A stretch of 63,762 nucleotides of DNA, the filler included, from Pseudovirgaria hyperparasitica (Eukaryota): assembly GCA_010093815.1 (NCBI GenBank). It is 10 parts of 6 records of this genome, joined end to end, with 100 filler letters (N's around TTAATTAATTAA, not from the genome) between each part and the next. Parts side by side here need not be neighbours in the genome. Positions count along the whole stretch, not along the records: positions 1 to 16,026 come from ML996587.1; positions 16,127 to 23,362 come from ML996591.1; positions 23,463 to 29,006 come from ML996591.1; 7 more parts are not named here. One strand, 5' to 3'. The notes beneath the pieces were generated by a model that saw only the letters and a program-made list of their open reading frames with translations, ran no database searches and was not told the origin of the DNA. A program made the position numbers and the translations under genes. This document shows positions 15,301-27,171 of this stretch, piece by piece (the first letter of the stretch is position 1; every line of letters starts with the position of its first letter).

Positions 15301-15677
15301 TACTCCTCCAAGCCCGAATAGGCGCTATAGGCCTCCTATATTACCTCTACTAGAGAGGCGTCCTAGATGTATCTCCCTAGTGCGAGGACTACGGCCGGAG
15401 AGGCATAATACGCCACTACCTCGCGACGTGCTCTAGCCTATATACCCTAAGATAAGCCCTCGTCCGTATGATGAGGACCTCCGATATCACGCGATAGCTT
15501 TATAAATACCCTAAGGACGTCGCCCGATAGATGCTCGTATACCTTTCTCTCCCCTAGTTCTAGTGGACCCGCGTATATATACTAGAAGAAGCCCGATATA
15601 TACTAGAAGAACCCCGGTATACGTCGGAAGAACCCCGGGAGAACCGCGATTATTAGTTAAGGGCAGCCCTTAACTAA
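12354..15677 (+). pseudogene. LINE ORF2 (APE endonuclease + reverse transcriptase + C-terminal Cys/His motif), RIP stops
   Basis: 3324 nt = 1108 codons; IQEP, LLGDFNLHH, STLDLT, DSDH, KAPxxDGIPN, WRPIALL, GAFDKV, GIPQGS, and GYADD at 14331 in frame. Confidence 0.92.
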
Positions 15678-15680
15678 TAA
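15650..15680. repeat. 31-bp palindrome, 3' copy, overlapping the ORF2 stop
   Basis: TTATTAGTTAAGGG-CAG-CCCTTAACTAATAA; read in the ORF2 frame it de-RIPs to DYQSRAALD*. Confidence 0.95.
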
Positions 15681-15901
15681 TCTCCGTACCTACACGTGCT
15701 GCCTAAGGGCAAACCATTATAATATAGGCTGTAGGCCCATGGGTAGCCTCTAGGGCTATATATATATAAAGAACGAGAGGATAGATAGAGCGTAGTCATG
15801 GATATAAGGGAGTTTTTCCTATTCGTAGGTTTCTTCTTATATAGTAGCTTAGACTAGAGGAGGCATGCGCCTGTAGAGTGGTACTCTACCTAGTTTACCA
15901 A

Positions 15902-15935
<34 letters not shown>

Positions 15936-16026
15936 CTAAAATCTAAAGATCTAACTATATTTATAGAGAAGAACTAAAAGGAGTAGAAAGACTAGAAGAG
16001 AAACTATAAAAAGTACTTCCTTAATA

Positions 16027-16126
16027 NNNNNNNNNNNNNNNNNNNNNNNNNNNNNNNNNNNNNNNNNNNNTTAATTAATTAANNNNNNNNNNNNNNNNNN
16101 NNNNNNNNNNNNNNNNNNNNNNNNNN
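16027..16126. other. Artificial contig linker 44N-TTAATTAATTAA-44N (linker cores also at 23407, 29051, 30992, 33420, 45450, 47941, 56065, 61189)
   Basis: Identical 100-bp structure nine times; the 12-mer gives stops in all six frames. Confidence 0.97.
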
Positions 16127-16346
16127 GCTACCTAAGGGTAAAATAACGGTAATATAGGCTATAGGCTAATAGGCGTACCCTATAGCTATATACTTAAGAC
16201 GAAATAGAGGTTTAACGAGATGTAGTTATAGACATAAGGAAGTTTTTCTCTATGGGGTTTCTTCTTATATAATGGCTTAGACTAGAGGAGGCACAGGCCT
16301 ATAGAGTACTACTCTATCTAGTTATATAATATTATTATTATTATTA
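16127..16346 (+). mobile_element. LINE 3' UTR and (ATT)n tail fragment
   Basis: Matches ~35227-35450. Confidence 0.9.
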
Positions 16347-16529
16347 TACTAATATAATTACTACTTTACTCGCCTACTAGCTAGTTACTATTTATACCCT
16401 ATTAATACTTACTATAAACCTACTTATACTCCTCTAAGTCTTCTAAGTATCTTTACCTTAAGAAAAGTCGGAATACTCTATGTAACGGACTACTTAAGGG
16501 ATAGACCGTACCCTTATCTAGGAAGGTTT

Positions 16530-17035
16530 ATTATATAGACTACTACTACTAAATACTAATATACTAACTCTCTCTTTTTTTATTACTAGTTAAGGGTATC
16601 TCTTAACTAATAACTATAGAGGCCTTAGATACTAATATACTCTAGCTTCTACTAGATATAACTCTAATACTAGTATAGTAGAAATAGCTATATAGTAGAA
16701 TATCCTAGAATAATTAAATCTCTATCTAAAAGATAATAAATAACTAAAAATATAGAATAATATAGATAAAGAAGAAAGAGAGAACTTTAGCTAGAGATAC
16801 TCTTATAGATAAAATTAACTATTAGATAATATATATAGAAAAAAAGATTAAGAAAAAAGAGTCTACTCTTCTTAATATCTTTTAAAGTCTAGTCTAAAAT
16901 ATTAAAGAGCTTACTATAGAAGTAAAATAGATACTAGAAGTAAATCTAGAATCTAGATTAGACTAGATTAAGACTAGTTTACTAAGAATCTAGAAAGGCC
17001 TTATCTAGAAGAAATATCTAGCTACTTAGATATAA
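16530..17035 (+). mobile_element. Old, heavily RIPed LINE 5' UTR/ORF1 start fragment
   Basis: Degenerate palindrome at ~16582-16612 followed by sequence colinear with the ORF1 start. Confidence 0.75.
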
Positions 17036-17037
17036 GT

Positions 17038-17385
17038 TATAGTATAAGAATAGAGTTATTAGATAGTAGTATAGTTAGATAGAATAATAGGGTATATTCT
17101 ATTATAGAATAAATTACTACTAAACTCTTTTAGTAGAAATCTAAGAGTATATATATAAAGAGATACTAATCTATCTAGTATATATAACCGTTTATCGCCC
17201 TTTATACTACCTTCTAACTATATTAGCTAAGGTATATATAGATTAGGTTATATCTAAGGCTAAGTTCTAATAATTATCCCCTTTCTTTGGAAAGCTATCC
17301 TTAGTAATCTAGATTATTATCTATCTCTATATCTCTATTCTAAGTCTTATAAGACCTTAGTTATTCTTTATACTTTATCTTAGAT
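17038..17385. repeat. Unclassified RIPed repeat X (second copy at ~40900-41244)
   Basis: Direct colinear similarity, e.g. aaattactactaaactcttttagtagaaatctaagag in both copies. Confidence 0.8.
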
Positions 17386-18910
17386 ATATATAGATACTAG
17401 CTAATCTAAGAGTTATATAAGTATTTTTCTAATAAACTAGGTTTTATCTATTCTAAATTCTTATATAGATAGAATTATCTAATTAGACATAGTATATCAC
17501 GTAATATAATTAGATAAGTCTAGATACTATCTATATTAAAATCTTTTCTTAGAAATATTTCTTTCTTTAAAAAACTTCTTAACTTATTATAGAGTTTTTT
17601 AGATTATTAGATATATTACCTAATTCTTATAGATATAGATTTATATAGATTTACTATAATTTAGTATAATTTATATAATACTAATTTTTATACTATATAT
17701 AGCTAGTAATAATAATAATCTACTAAAATCTATATTAATTAGTAATAATTATAATATAGTTTTCTAAAACCTTAATACTTAGAAGTAATTAGTATAGAAA
17801 TAGGCGCCTTTAAATAATCCTTATCTTATATATATTACTAATATATTAAAAGCTATTAATCTACTCTAATCTAGACCGGGCTCTAATAATCTAGCTATAT
17901 ATTATTATAGTTATTACTTTCTATTATATACTACTTATAGTAGTACTAATTCTATAACTTATAGTACTTATATAACTAAGAAGTATTATTATTTATAGAT
18001 ATTTAAATAAGTTTAAAGAACTTTATATAGATTTACCTATATTAGTATAGATTACTACTAGATCTCTAGTAACCTCTACTAATAAGAAGTATAGTATTAC
18101 TAATTATAATATCTTAGAGAAAGCTTTCTATAAATTATATATCTATAGTAAAGATTATACCTAGGAGTATAACTCTAATATAATCTATATAGATTTATTA
18201 GAATCTACTATAGCTATTATTACTATAATTACTAGATAATATTATTTTTCTTAAATTATTATAGATTCTTACTAATATATATTAATCTCTATAATAGTAC
18301 TAAAATCTCTACTACTTTAGACTTCTTTCTATATACTAGTAATATTAAAATTCCTAGAAAAGATTCTAGTAAAAAGGCTAAGGTTCCTTTCTTATATATA
18401 TCTAAGAGCTATAAATTTAGAGAAGATAGTTCTAATCTAGAAGTTTCTATACTAAAGGTATATAGTTCTATACTAATTATTAAATCTTTTTACTAATTTA
18501 TATAATTCTTAGTATATCTATACCGGTCCGTCTCTCTCTACTCTAGTTTCTACTACTCTATAGGTTTCTATAGAAGAGTTTATAGCTATAAAGCGCGCTA
18601 TATAGAGTTTATAGTATTAGAATAAAAGGCTAGAGACCTATATTATAAAGCTCTATACTATACTAAATAAGAACTAGTAGAAAGACTTAGATATAATTAT
18701 AGTATTAATTAGCTATTCTATATCTACTCTATCTTAATTAGTTTAGATCTATACTAATTAATACTAATATATTTCTTTTATCTAGTATTTTTAGTTTTTA
18801 GTTTTAATTTTAAAATAATCTTTACTTCTTCTAGATAGATTAGTATAGATTTATATAGATCTATATAGATCTTTATATTTTCTTTTAGTTTTCTTAATTT
18901 TATCTTTCTT

Positions 18911-19954
18911 TAATAATAATTATAATAATATTATATAACTAGGTAGAGTAGTTTACTCTATAGATATATACCTTCTCTAGTCTAAGCTATTATATAAGAA
19001 GAAACCTTTATAAAAGGAAAAACTCCCTACTCTCTATAACTATATTTTATAAAACCTTTATATTATCTTAAGTATATAGCTATTAGGAATATCTATAGAT
19101 CTATAATCTATAGTACTATTATTTTTACCCTTAGGTAGTATATATAGAGTATAGGGGTTATTAGTTAAGGGCTACCCTTAACTAATAATTAGGGTTCTCC
19201 CGGGGTTCTTCTAGCGTATACTAGGGTCTATCTAGTATATATCTAGTTACTTCTAGTATATATATCTAGGTCTATTAGTATTAAGAGAGAGAGAGATATA
19301 TAAGTATCTACCGGGTAATCTTCTTAGAGTACTTATTAAGCTATTATATAATATTAGAGATTCTTATTATATAGATAAGTAATTATCTCTATATATAGAG
19401 GTCTAGATATATTATAAGATAGTACTATATTATATCTCTTTAGCTATATACTTTATACTATAGAGATATATCTAGAACGCCCCTCTAATATAGATAGTAT
19501 AGAAGTTCTATAGCTTCTATTTAGACTTAGAGAAGGATAGATACTTAGGCTTTTATAAGCCCTTTATATATCTATCTACTTAGTTCCCTCTATAGTCTCT
19601 AAATCTATTCTAGATATCTATTCTATTAGAATATCTAATAGATCTAGAGAACTTCCTTCTATTTATTCTAGGTCTATAACTATATAGTCTATATAAGCTT
19701 CTAAGAGTTCTAATAGTCTAGGAAGATATCTAGATTATCCCTAATCTCTTATATAATTTAGTTTAAATCTATCTCTATTAGACTTTTATACTATAGTTAA
19801 GTCTAGTCTATATATAGTAATACTTAATAGTAGATACTAACTTATATATATAGCACGGCGAAGGTATATTTAGCGTATTCTATATATTTCTATACTTATT
19901 ATTTAGTAAAGTATATTACCCTCTATATCTAGTAGAAGTTCTATATATTTATTA
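18911..19954 (-). mobile_element. Old LINE, 3' part (continues at 24126-27170)
   Basis: Tail at 18911-18930 and palindrome at ~19158; interrupted by a younger LINE with a 13-bp TSD. Confidence 0.9.
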
Positions 19955-22900
19955 GAAAAAAACTTCTCATACCCTAACGGACTAAACTAGTTAATTCGGG
20001 GTAAAACAGTGATTTACATACATTAAACGATAGAGTACACCGAGTATAACAACCTCCGACACACGTGTATACGTATAGCGTATAATACGCGACGATACTA
20101 ACGTATAGAGACACTATATATATACGCTCAAAGACTCTTTAATAACATAAGCATAGACTATATCTAATAAACGCCGACACGCCGACCCCCTTTTATTAGT
20201 TAAGGGCTACCCTTAACTAATAACCATAGCGGCCTTAGGCATTATAATACCCCGGCATACGCTGGATATACCCCTACTAGTATAGTAGAAACGGCTATAT
20301 AGCGATATTAACGTGGATAGCTAGACACCTATCTAAAATATAGGAACTAACTAAGGGTGTAAAGCGCTATAGATAACCTAGACTAAGGGGACCCTGAGAG
20401 GGGAGACCCTTCTAGATAAAATTAAATACTAGATAACACGTATAGAGAGGGACGCCGAGGAGGGAAAGAAGACTCTCCTTTATATATTCCGGGACCTTAT
20501 CTAGAATCTAAGAGGAATTACGGAGGAAGAAAGGAAGTCGCTACGAGAGGAACCTAGTGGTAGGCTCGACCGAATAGAAGCTAGCCTACGGAGAATCTAG
20601 AAAGAGCTATCCTAAGGTAAGCGCCCTAATACATGGGCTTAGATTATAGTAATACCCGGAGCTACCGCACTAAGGACTACTAGAACCATAGATAGAGTAT
20701 ATAGTATATATATCGTAATCTAGGATAAGAACACGCTAGCGTAGGTCTAATAGGCATCCCTAAAGGAAATTATAAATAAGATTAATAAATAGAAAGGAAT
20801 GTGGTCGAGCGTCGTAGCTACTAAAGTTACGCTAGGTGGGGTAGTACTTACTACTATAACGAATACTACGTAGTAAAACATCTCACGAGATCCGAACGCG
20901 ATAGATAGTATCTTCTCTAGCGCGTCTATTAGGGTAGCTATATACCCGATTATAGTATATATAATACCCGTATAGAGATAGGCTATCGGAGCGGAGGATA
21001 TCACGCGTATAGAACAATCTAACGCGCGAAAATACCTAGGGATTAAGATCGTAAAAGCGTGGTAGAAGAACCCATAGGCGATTAAGATGAAGGCGAAAAA
21101 ATACTCTACTATAATTATAGAGCTCCGAGACCCCGCCCTTATATAATATATTATATAGGAGGGATTCCTAGTAGAAGGAGAGCTCCTTATAGCCGAGCCA
21201 TGGGATAGAGTATAGGTAATAATATAGTGCTTTAACTATTAAGGGTATAGATATACTATATAAAGATACTTATAGATAACTAAGTGCGGATAGTACCGTA
21301 GAGACCACGCTATCTAGAAGTACCCTTATAAACCGCGAGGAGACGGACTAAGAAACAGGGATATAGTATAGTATTTAAACTACGACGGGAAACACCCGTT
21401 ATAGTTATTAATATATATAAAACGTAAATAGGTTATAGAATACATTCGCACGATAAAAGCGAGAGGCGCGAGATAGTTATAGAATATAATATCTACTACG
21501 GGCCCTTCCTTTATAATACCTCTAACCTCCCCTCCGGAAGATAGTTAGGCGGGATAGTAGACTATCCCGAAGACGATAGGACGACTAAAAGATATAGTTA
21601 AAGCCGCTACCGCGTAAGGATAGTCGCGCCTCCGAGGAATAAGTATATAGATATATATACTCTCTAGTATCTAATAAGGGACTAGAANNNNNNNNNNNNN
21701 NNNNNNNNNNNNNNNNNNNNNNNNNNNNNNNNNNNNNNNNNNNNNNNNNNNNNNNNNNNNNNNNNNNNNNNNNNNNNNNNNNNNNNNNNNNNNNNNNNNN
21801 NNNNNNNNNNNNNNNNNNNNNNNNNNNNNNNNNNNNNNNNNNNNNNNNNNNNNNNNNNNNNNNNNNNNNNNNNNNNNNNNNNNNNNNNNNNNNNNNNNNN
21901 NNNNNNNNNNNNNNNNNNNNNNNNNNNNNNNNNNNNNNNNNNNNNNNNNNNNNNNNNNNNNNNNNNNNNNNNNNNNNNNNNNNNNNNNNNNNNNNNNNNN
22001 NNNNNNNNNNNNNNNNNNNNNNNNNNNNNNNNNNNNNNNNNNNNNNNNNNNNNNNNNNNNNNNNNNNNNNNNNNNNNNNNNNNNNNNNNNNNNNNNNNNN
22101 NNNNNNNNNNNNNNNNNNNNNNNNNNNNNNNNNNNNNNNNNNNNNNNNNNNNNNNNNNNNNNNNNNNNNNNNNNNNNNNNNNNNNNNNNNNNNNNNNNNN
22201 NNNNNNNNNNNNNNNNNNNNNNNNNNNNNNNNNNNNNNNNNNNNNNNNNNNNNNNNNNNNNNNNNNNNNNNNNNNNNNNNNNNNNNNNNNNNNNNNNNNN
22301 NNNNNNNNNNNNNNNNNNNNNNNNNNNNNNNNNNNNNNNNNNNNNNNNNNNNATACTAGAATACGAGAAATAAACACGTACTATACTAAATATACCGGCC
22401 CCCGGAAGCAAAGGGGATTCCTTAAGTATAGGAAAGTAGATAAGACGCCCGAAGACTATATAGACGCGTATACTATATAAGAATACCCGAGTCGTAGAAA
22501 GAATAGAAGGAAGTAATATAATAACGCGATAAAGTCCTCCGTAATAAAAGGCATAAATAGTAGTATATAATTACTAGTTAATAGACACGACACGTAATAG
22601 GGCTATAGTATATAGCGAAATAGGCTAAGGGCGTAGATACTCCGACTCCCCCGCTACTTATACCTCCCCTAATATATTAGGGAAGAATATACTCCACGAG
22701 CCTTAAGAAAACTAAGGCCCTACGGGAGGCTATGTTCCCTCTCCCGGAACTAGTAGACCTATTAGACGTTTATAACGCCGAATACCTATATATAGTAGAT
22801 ATCCCCGAAGAAGTTACGGAGAAGAATATACTTAATATTATTAAGATACTCCTAAATAATAAAGCATCCGGACTAGATAGAATTCTAAATTAATATCTAA

Positions 22901-24125
22901 AAAGAACTATAAAGGCGACTCTACTACTTATTACTCGTATATTCTAAGTATACGTCACGTAGGGGTACTACCTCTAGAGCTTCCGAGTCGCCTATACTAT
23001 TATACTCCCGAAACTAGGAAAGAGCCCTAACTCCCTAAAGGGATAGAGACTAATCGCCCTTCTCTTCTACCTAGATAAGATACTAGAGACTATAATAGCG
23101 AAGAAGATAAGTACCGCGGTATAGGAATATAATCTCCTCCCTCTAAACTAGAAGGTAAAGATAGATAGCTCTCTAATAATAGCTATCTAATATATTATTA
23201 AAGTCGTCTAGGCCGTATAGAAATAGGGACGGGTAGTATCGCTTCTCTCCCTTAATATGGCCGGAGCGTTTAATAAGGTAAACTATATAAGACTTATTTA
23301 TAACCTCCGGATAAGACGAATACTAGAATAGATTATACGCTTTATATAGTTATTCCTTATAGNNNNNNNNNNNNNNNNNNNNNNNNNNNNNNNNNNNNNN
23401 NNNNNNTTAATTAATTAANNNNNNNNNNNNNNNNNNNNNNNNNNNNNNNNNNNNNNNNNNNNAACTAAGTAAATAGATATATAAAGGGCTAACGAAAGCC
23501 TAAGTATCTATACTTATCTAAGCCCGAACGGGCGCTATAGAACTCCTATACTATATCTATAAGAGAGGCGTTCCCGATACCTCTCTATAGTATAAGGCGT
23601 ACGGCCGGAGAGGCATAATACACTACTATCTAGCTATATACCCTAACCTCTATATATAATAGTAATGGCTTATCTACGTTACGAAGACTTTAAATATCGT
23701 ATAATAGCTTAATAAGTACTCTAAGGATATCTCCTAATAGATGCTTATATATTTACTACTCCTCTAGTACTAATAGACCTAGAAATATATACCGGAAGAG
23801 ACCCGGTATACGCCGGTAGTAACCCGATATATACCGGAAGAACCCTAGGAGAACCCCGATTATTAGTTAAGGGCTACCCTTAACTAATAACCTCCGCACC
23901 TATACGTGCTACCTAAGAGTAAAATAATAGTAATATAGGCTATAGACTAATAGGTATACTCTATAGCTATATACTTAAGACGAAATAGAGGCTTAACGAG
24001 ATATAGTTATAGATATAAGGAAGTTTTTCTCTATGGGGTTTCTTCTTATATAGTGGCTTAGACTAGAGGAGGCGTAGGCCTATAGAGTACTACTCTACCT
24101 AGTTATACAATATTATTATTATTAT
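19955..24125 (+). mobile_element. LINE (type B) with both ends, gaps inside, nested in an older LINE
   Basis: 5' end gaaaaaaacttctc and tail at 24110-24125; TSD tatatatttatta at 19942-19954 and 24126-24138. Confidence 0.9.
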
Positions 24126-27100
24126 TATATATTTATTATATTTATCTCGTATTATAGTAGTACTATATTAGTAGCTTTATATACGCTAGATATAAGGTAG
24201 AGTATATAGTTCTATATAGACTTAAGCTTTATTTACCTAGTCTATATAAGAGCTATATACTAGTATTTATATCTATATATAAAGACGGGTCGTGCTATAG
24301 AGATATATAGCTAGTATATCTTATTCTAGGCGGTTCTCTATATAGAGGCCGTAATCTAGTATATAGTAGCTTCTATCTTAAGGGCCCTAGATACTATATA
24401 TATAATCTATAGACTCTATTTAAGTTTATTATTAATTATAATACTAAGTATATATATACTCTATATTAGTAGTTTAGTAAAAGTATCTATTCTAGAATAT
24501 TACTCTTCTTCCTTAGTAGCCTACCTTCTATAATAGTTAATAAAGTATATAAGTTAGTATTTCTTAGGGGCGAACTTTACTCTATAGTACTTTATCTACT
24601 AGATATATCTCTTATAGTCTTATTTAAGGCGTTTATATATTAAACTAGTATTATTATTAATAGCTAGAAGGTATATATTATTAGCGTATTCTACTACCTC
24701 TATATATTATATCCTCTATAGAAGGTCTATAGTAAAGAAGAGAAAGAGAATTAGAGAGATAGTACTTTCTTATAGAATACTATATATTATTTTCTTATAT
24801 TTACTTTAATATCTAGAGATATATATCTAGATAATTCTTTTAGTAAGGAAGAACTATATAAACTTCGTAATCTATTCGGGTATATATCTCTTCTATAGAT
24901 TATAGATAAGTCTTATATAGTTTACCTTATTAAATACGCCGGCTATATTAAGGGAGAGTAATATTACTATATATCCCTAATTCTATATAGTCTAGATAAC
25001 TTTAAGAATATATTAGATAGTAGTAATTAGAGAGCTTCTAGTCTTTACCTTCTAGTTTACTAGAAGAAGGTTATATTCTTATACTATAGCGCTTATCTTC
25101 TTTATAATTATAGTCTTAAGTATCTTACTAAGATAGAAGAGAAGGGTAATTAGCCTCTATTCTTTTAGGGAGTTAGAGTTCTTCTCTAGCTTTAGAAGTA
25201 TAATAGTATAGATAGTCTAGAAGCTCTAGTAATAGTACCCGTTCTTAGTATATACCTAGAAGATAAGACTAATAAGTAGTAAGGTTACCTATATAGTATA
25301 TTTAAGGTATCTATTTAGTATTCTATCTAGTCTAGGCGCTTTATTATTTAGAAGTACTTTAATAGTATTAAGTATATTCTCTTCTATAATCTCTATAGAG
25401 ATATTAACTATATCTAGATATATATTATTATTAATATCTAATAGGTCTACTAGCTCTAGGGGGGGAAATATAACTTCTTAGAGAATCTCTATCTTTTTAA
25501 GGCTTATAGTATATATCCTTCCCTAGTATATTAGGGGAGGTATTAGTAGTAGTAGTATTAGTATATCTACGCTCTTAGTCTACTTTACTATATACTATAG
25601 CTCTATAGTCTATTATATATATTTATTAGTAATTATATACTAGTATTTATATTATTTATTATAGAGGGTTCTATTATAAGATTAGATTATCTCTTTCTAT
25701 TTCTTCTATACCTTAGTTATCTAGATATAGTATATATATATATATATATATAGTCTCTAGGCTTCCCTTCTACTTTTATATATTTAAGATATATTTCTTA
25801 TATCTAGAGACTTATACGTTTAGTATAGTATATATTTATTTCTTAAGTTATAGAAGGCTTAAAGAAGAACTTATATAGCTCTATCTATAGCCGGGCTATT
25901 AGATATATTAACTATAGAGAGGTCTAGAATTACTAATTCTAGGTCCTCCCTATACTTCTTCTAGTTAGTATCTTTCTATAGCTATCTCTTCTACTATTTA
26001 TTAGATATAGATATATCTATTATAGTCTCTATATATTTATAGTTAGAGTCCGTCTATATCTTACTAGGGCGGTAATATTATACTCTATAGCTTATATATT
26101 CTATAGTAAGAGTAAGGTCGAGTATAGATCTCTTCTTATTCTTCTTATATTTTCTCTATATAATTTATCTAACTAGTATAAGAAGGTATAGAAGGTTATA
26201 GTACCTTATATATAGTTCTCTTATCTTAAGCTCTTCTCTAATAACTAACGGGCCTCTCTACTATCTATAATAGAGGTTAAAGTTACCTAGTAGAATATAT
26301 TATTCTAGTTCTATAATACTCTCTAGTATAGCGTCCGGTATAAGTAATTCTCTCTAGTTATAGATATTATAGATATAGAGAGGCTCTATATCTATCTAGA
26401 GGTATAGTATTATCTAGAGATTATTCTATTTTATATAGAACTATTCTAAGAGTAGAATAGATTTATATATATAGAATAGAACTCTTCTATCTAGGCCCGG
26501 GGGGTAGATAATATAGTATTCTAGGTATATCGTTAGTTTATTAGTTTAGTAGTATCTATATAGTTTCTAGATAGCTATTATTATAGTATCTATCTCTTCT
26601 AGAAGCGTAGCCTAGTTTTCTTATTTATATTATATATTTACCTATATAATAATAAATATATCTTAGCTTCTTATTAGGTGCTAGGGAACGCTTAAGTCTA
26701 TATACTAGTAGTATTAAGGCGCGACTATCTCTACACGGTAGCTACTTTAAGAATACCCTAGGGTCGCCCTATCTTTCTCTATATAGTATACTATTATATA
26801 TTAGTCCCGCCTTCTTATAAATTAATTAGTATAGTTATAGATAAGGTTAGAATAGATAGTAGAGACCTTATAGTCTATTATATCTACCTCGCTTCTCTTA
26901 CCTTTATAGTATTAATATACTTAGCGACTTATTTATATTTTATATATATTACTAACTATAATAGGTAATTTCTATTATAGTTAGAGTACTTAGTAGTATC
27001 TTTATTATATATATAATCCCCTTAGGCTTTATACGGGTATTCCTAGATACTATAGTTCTATTAGTATTATCTATAGGTAGCCTTCTAAGAGTATCTCTAC

Positions 27101-27170
27101 TCTATATATCTATATCTCTAATAGTTAAAGTATTAGCTTATTATCTAAGCCCTATTCTATAGTTCTACTA
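24126..27170 (-). mobile_element. Old LINE, ORF2 to ORF1 part
   Basis: Colinear with 1120-3758 and beyond; more heavily RIPed; cut by another LINE at 27172. Confidence 0.9.
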
Positions 27171-27171
27171 T

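Larger units (their letters stand above)
10619..15931 (+). mobile_element. Full-length Tad1-like LINE (type A), RIP-mutated
   Basis: 5' UTR, ORF1, ORF2, 3' UTR and (ATT)n tail; TSD tatactaaaatc at 10607-10618 and 15932-15943. Confidence 0.95.

Noticed and set aside
16071..16082. TTAATTAATTAA palindrome repeated nine times
   Set aside because: Always centred in 44N+44N; a synthetic assembly linker
21671..22411. Long ORFs of X residues
   Set aside because: N-gap artefacts
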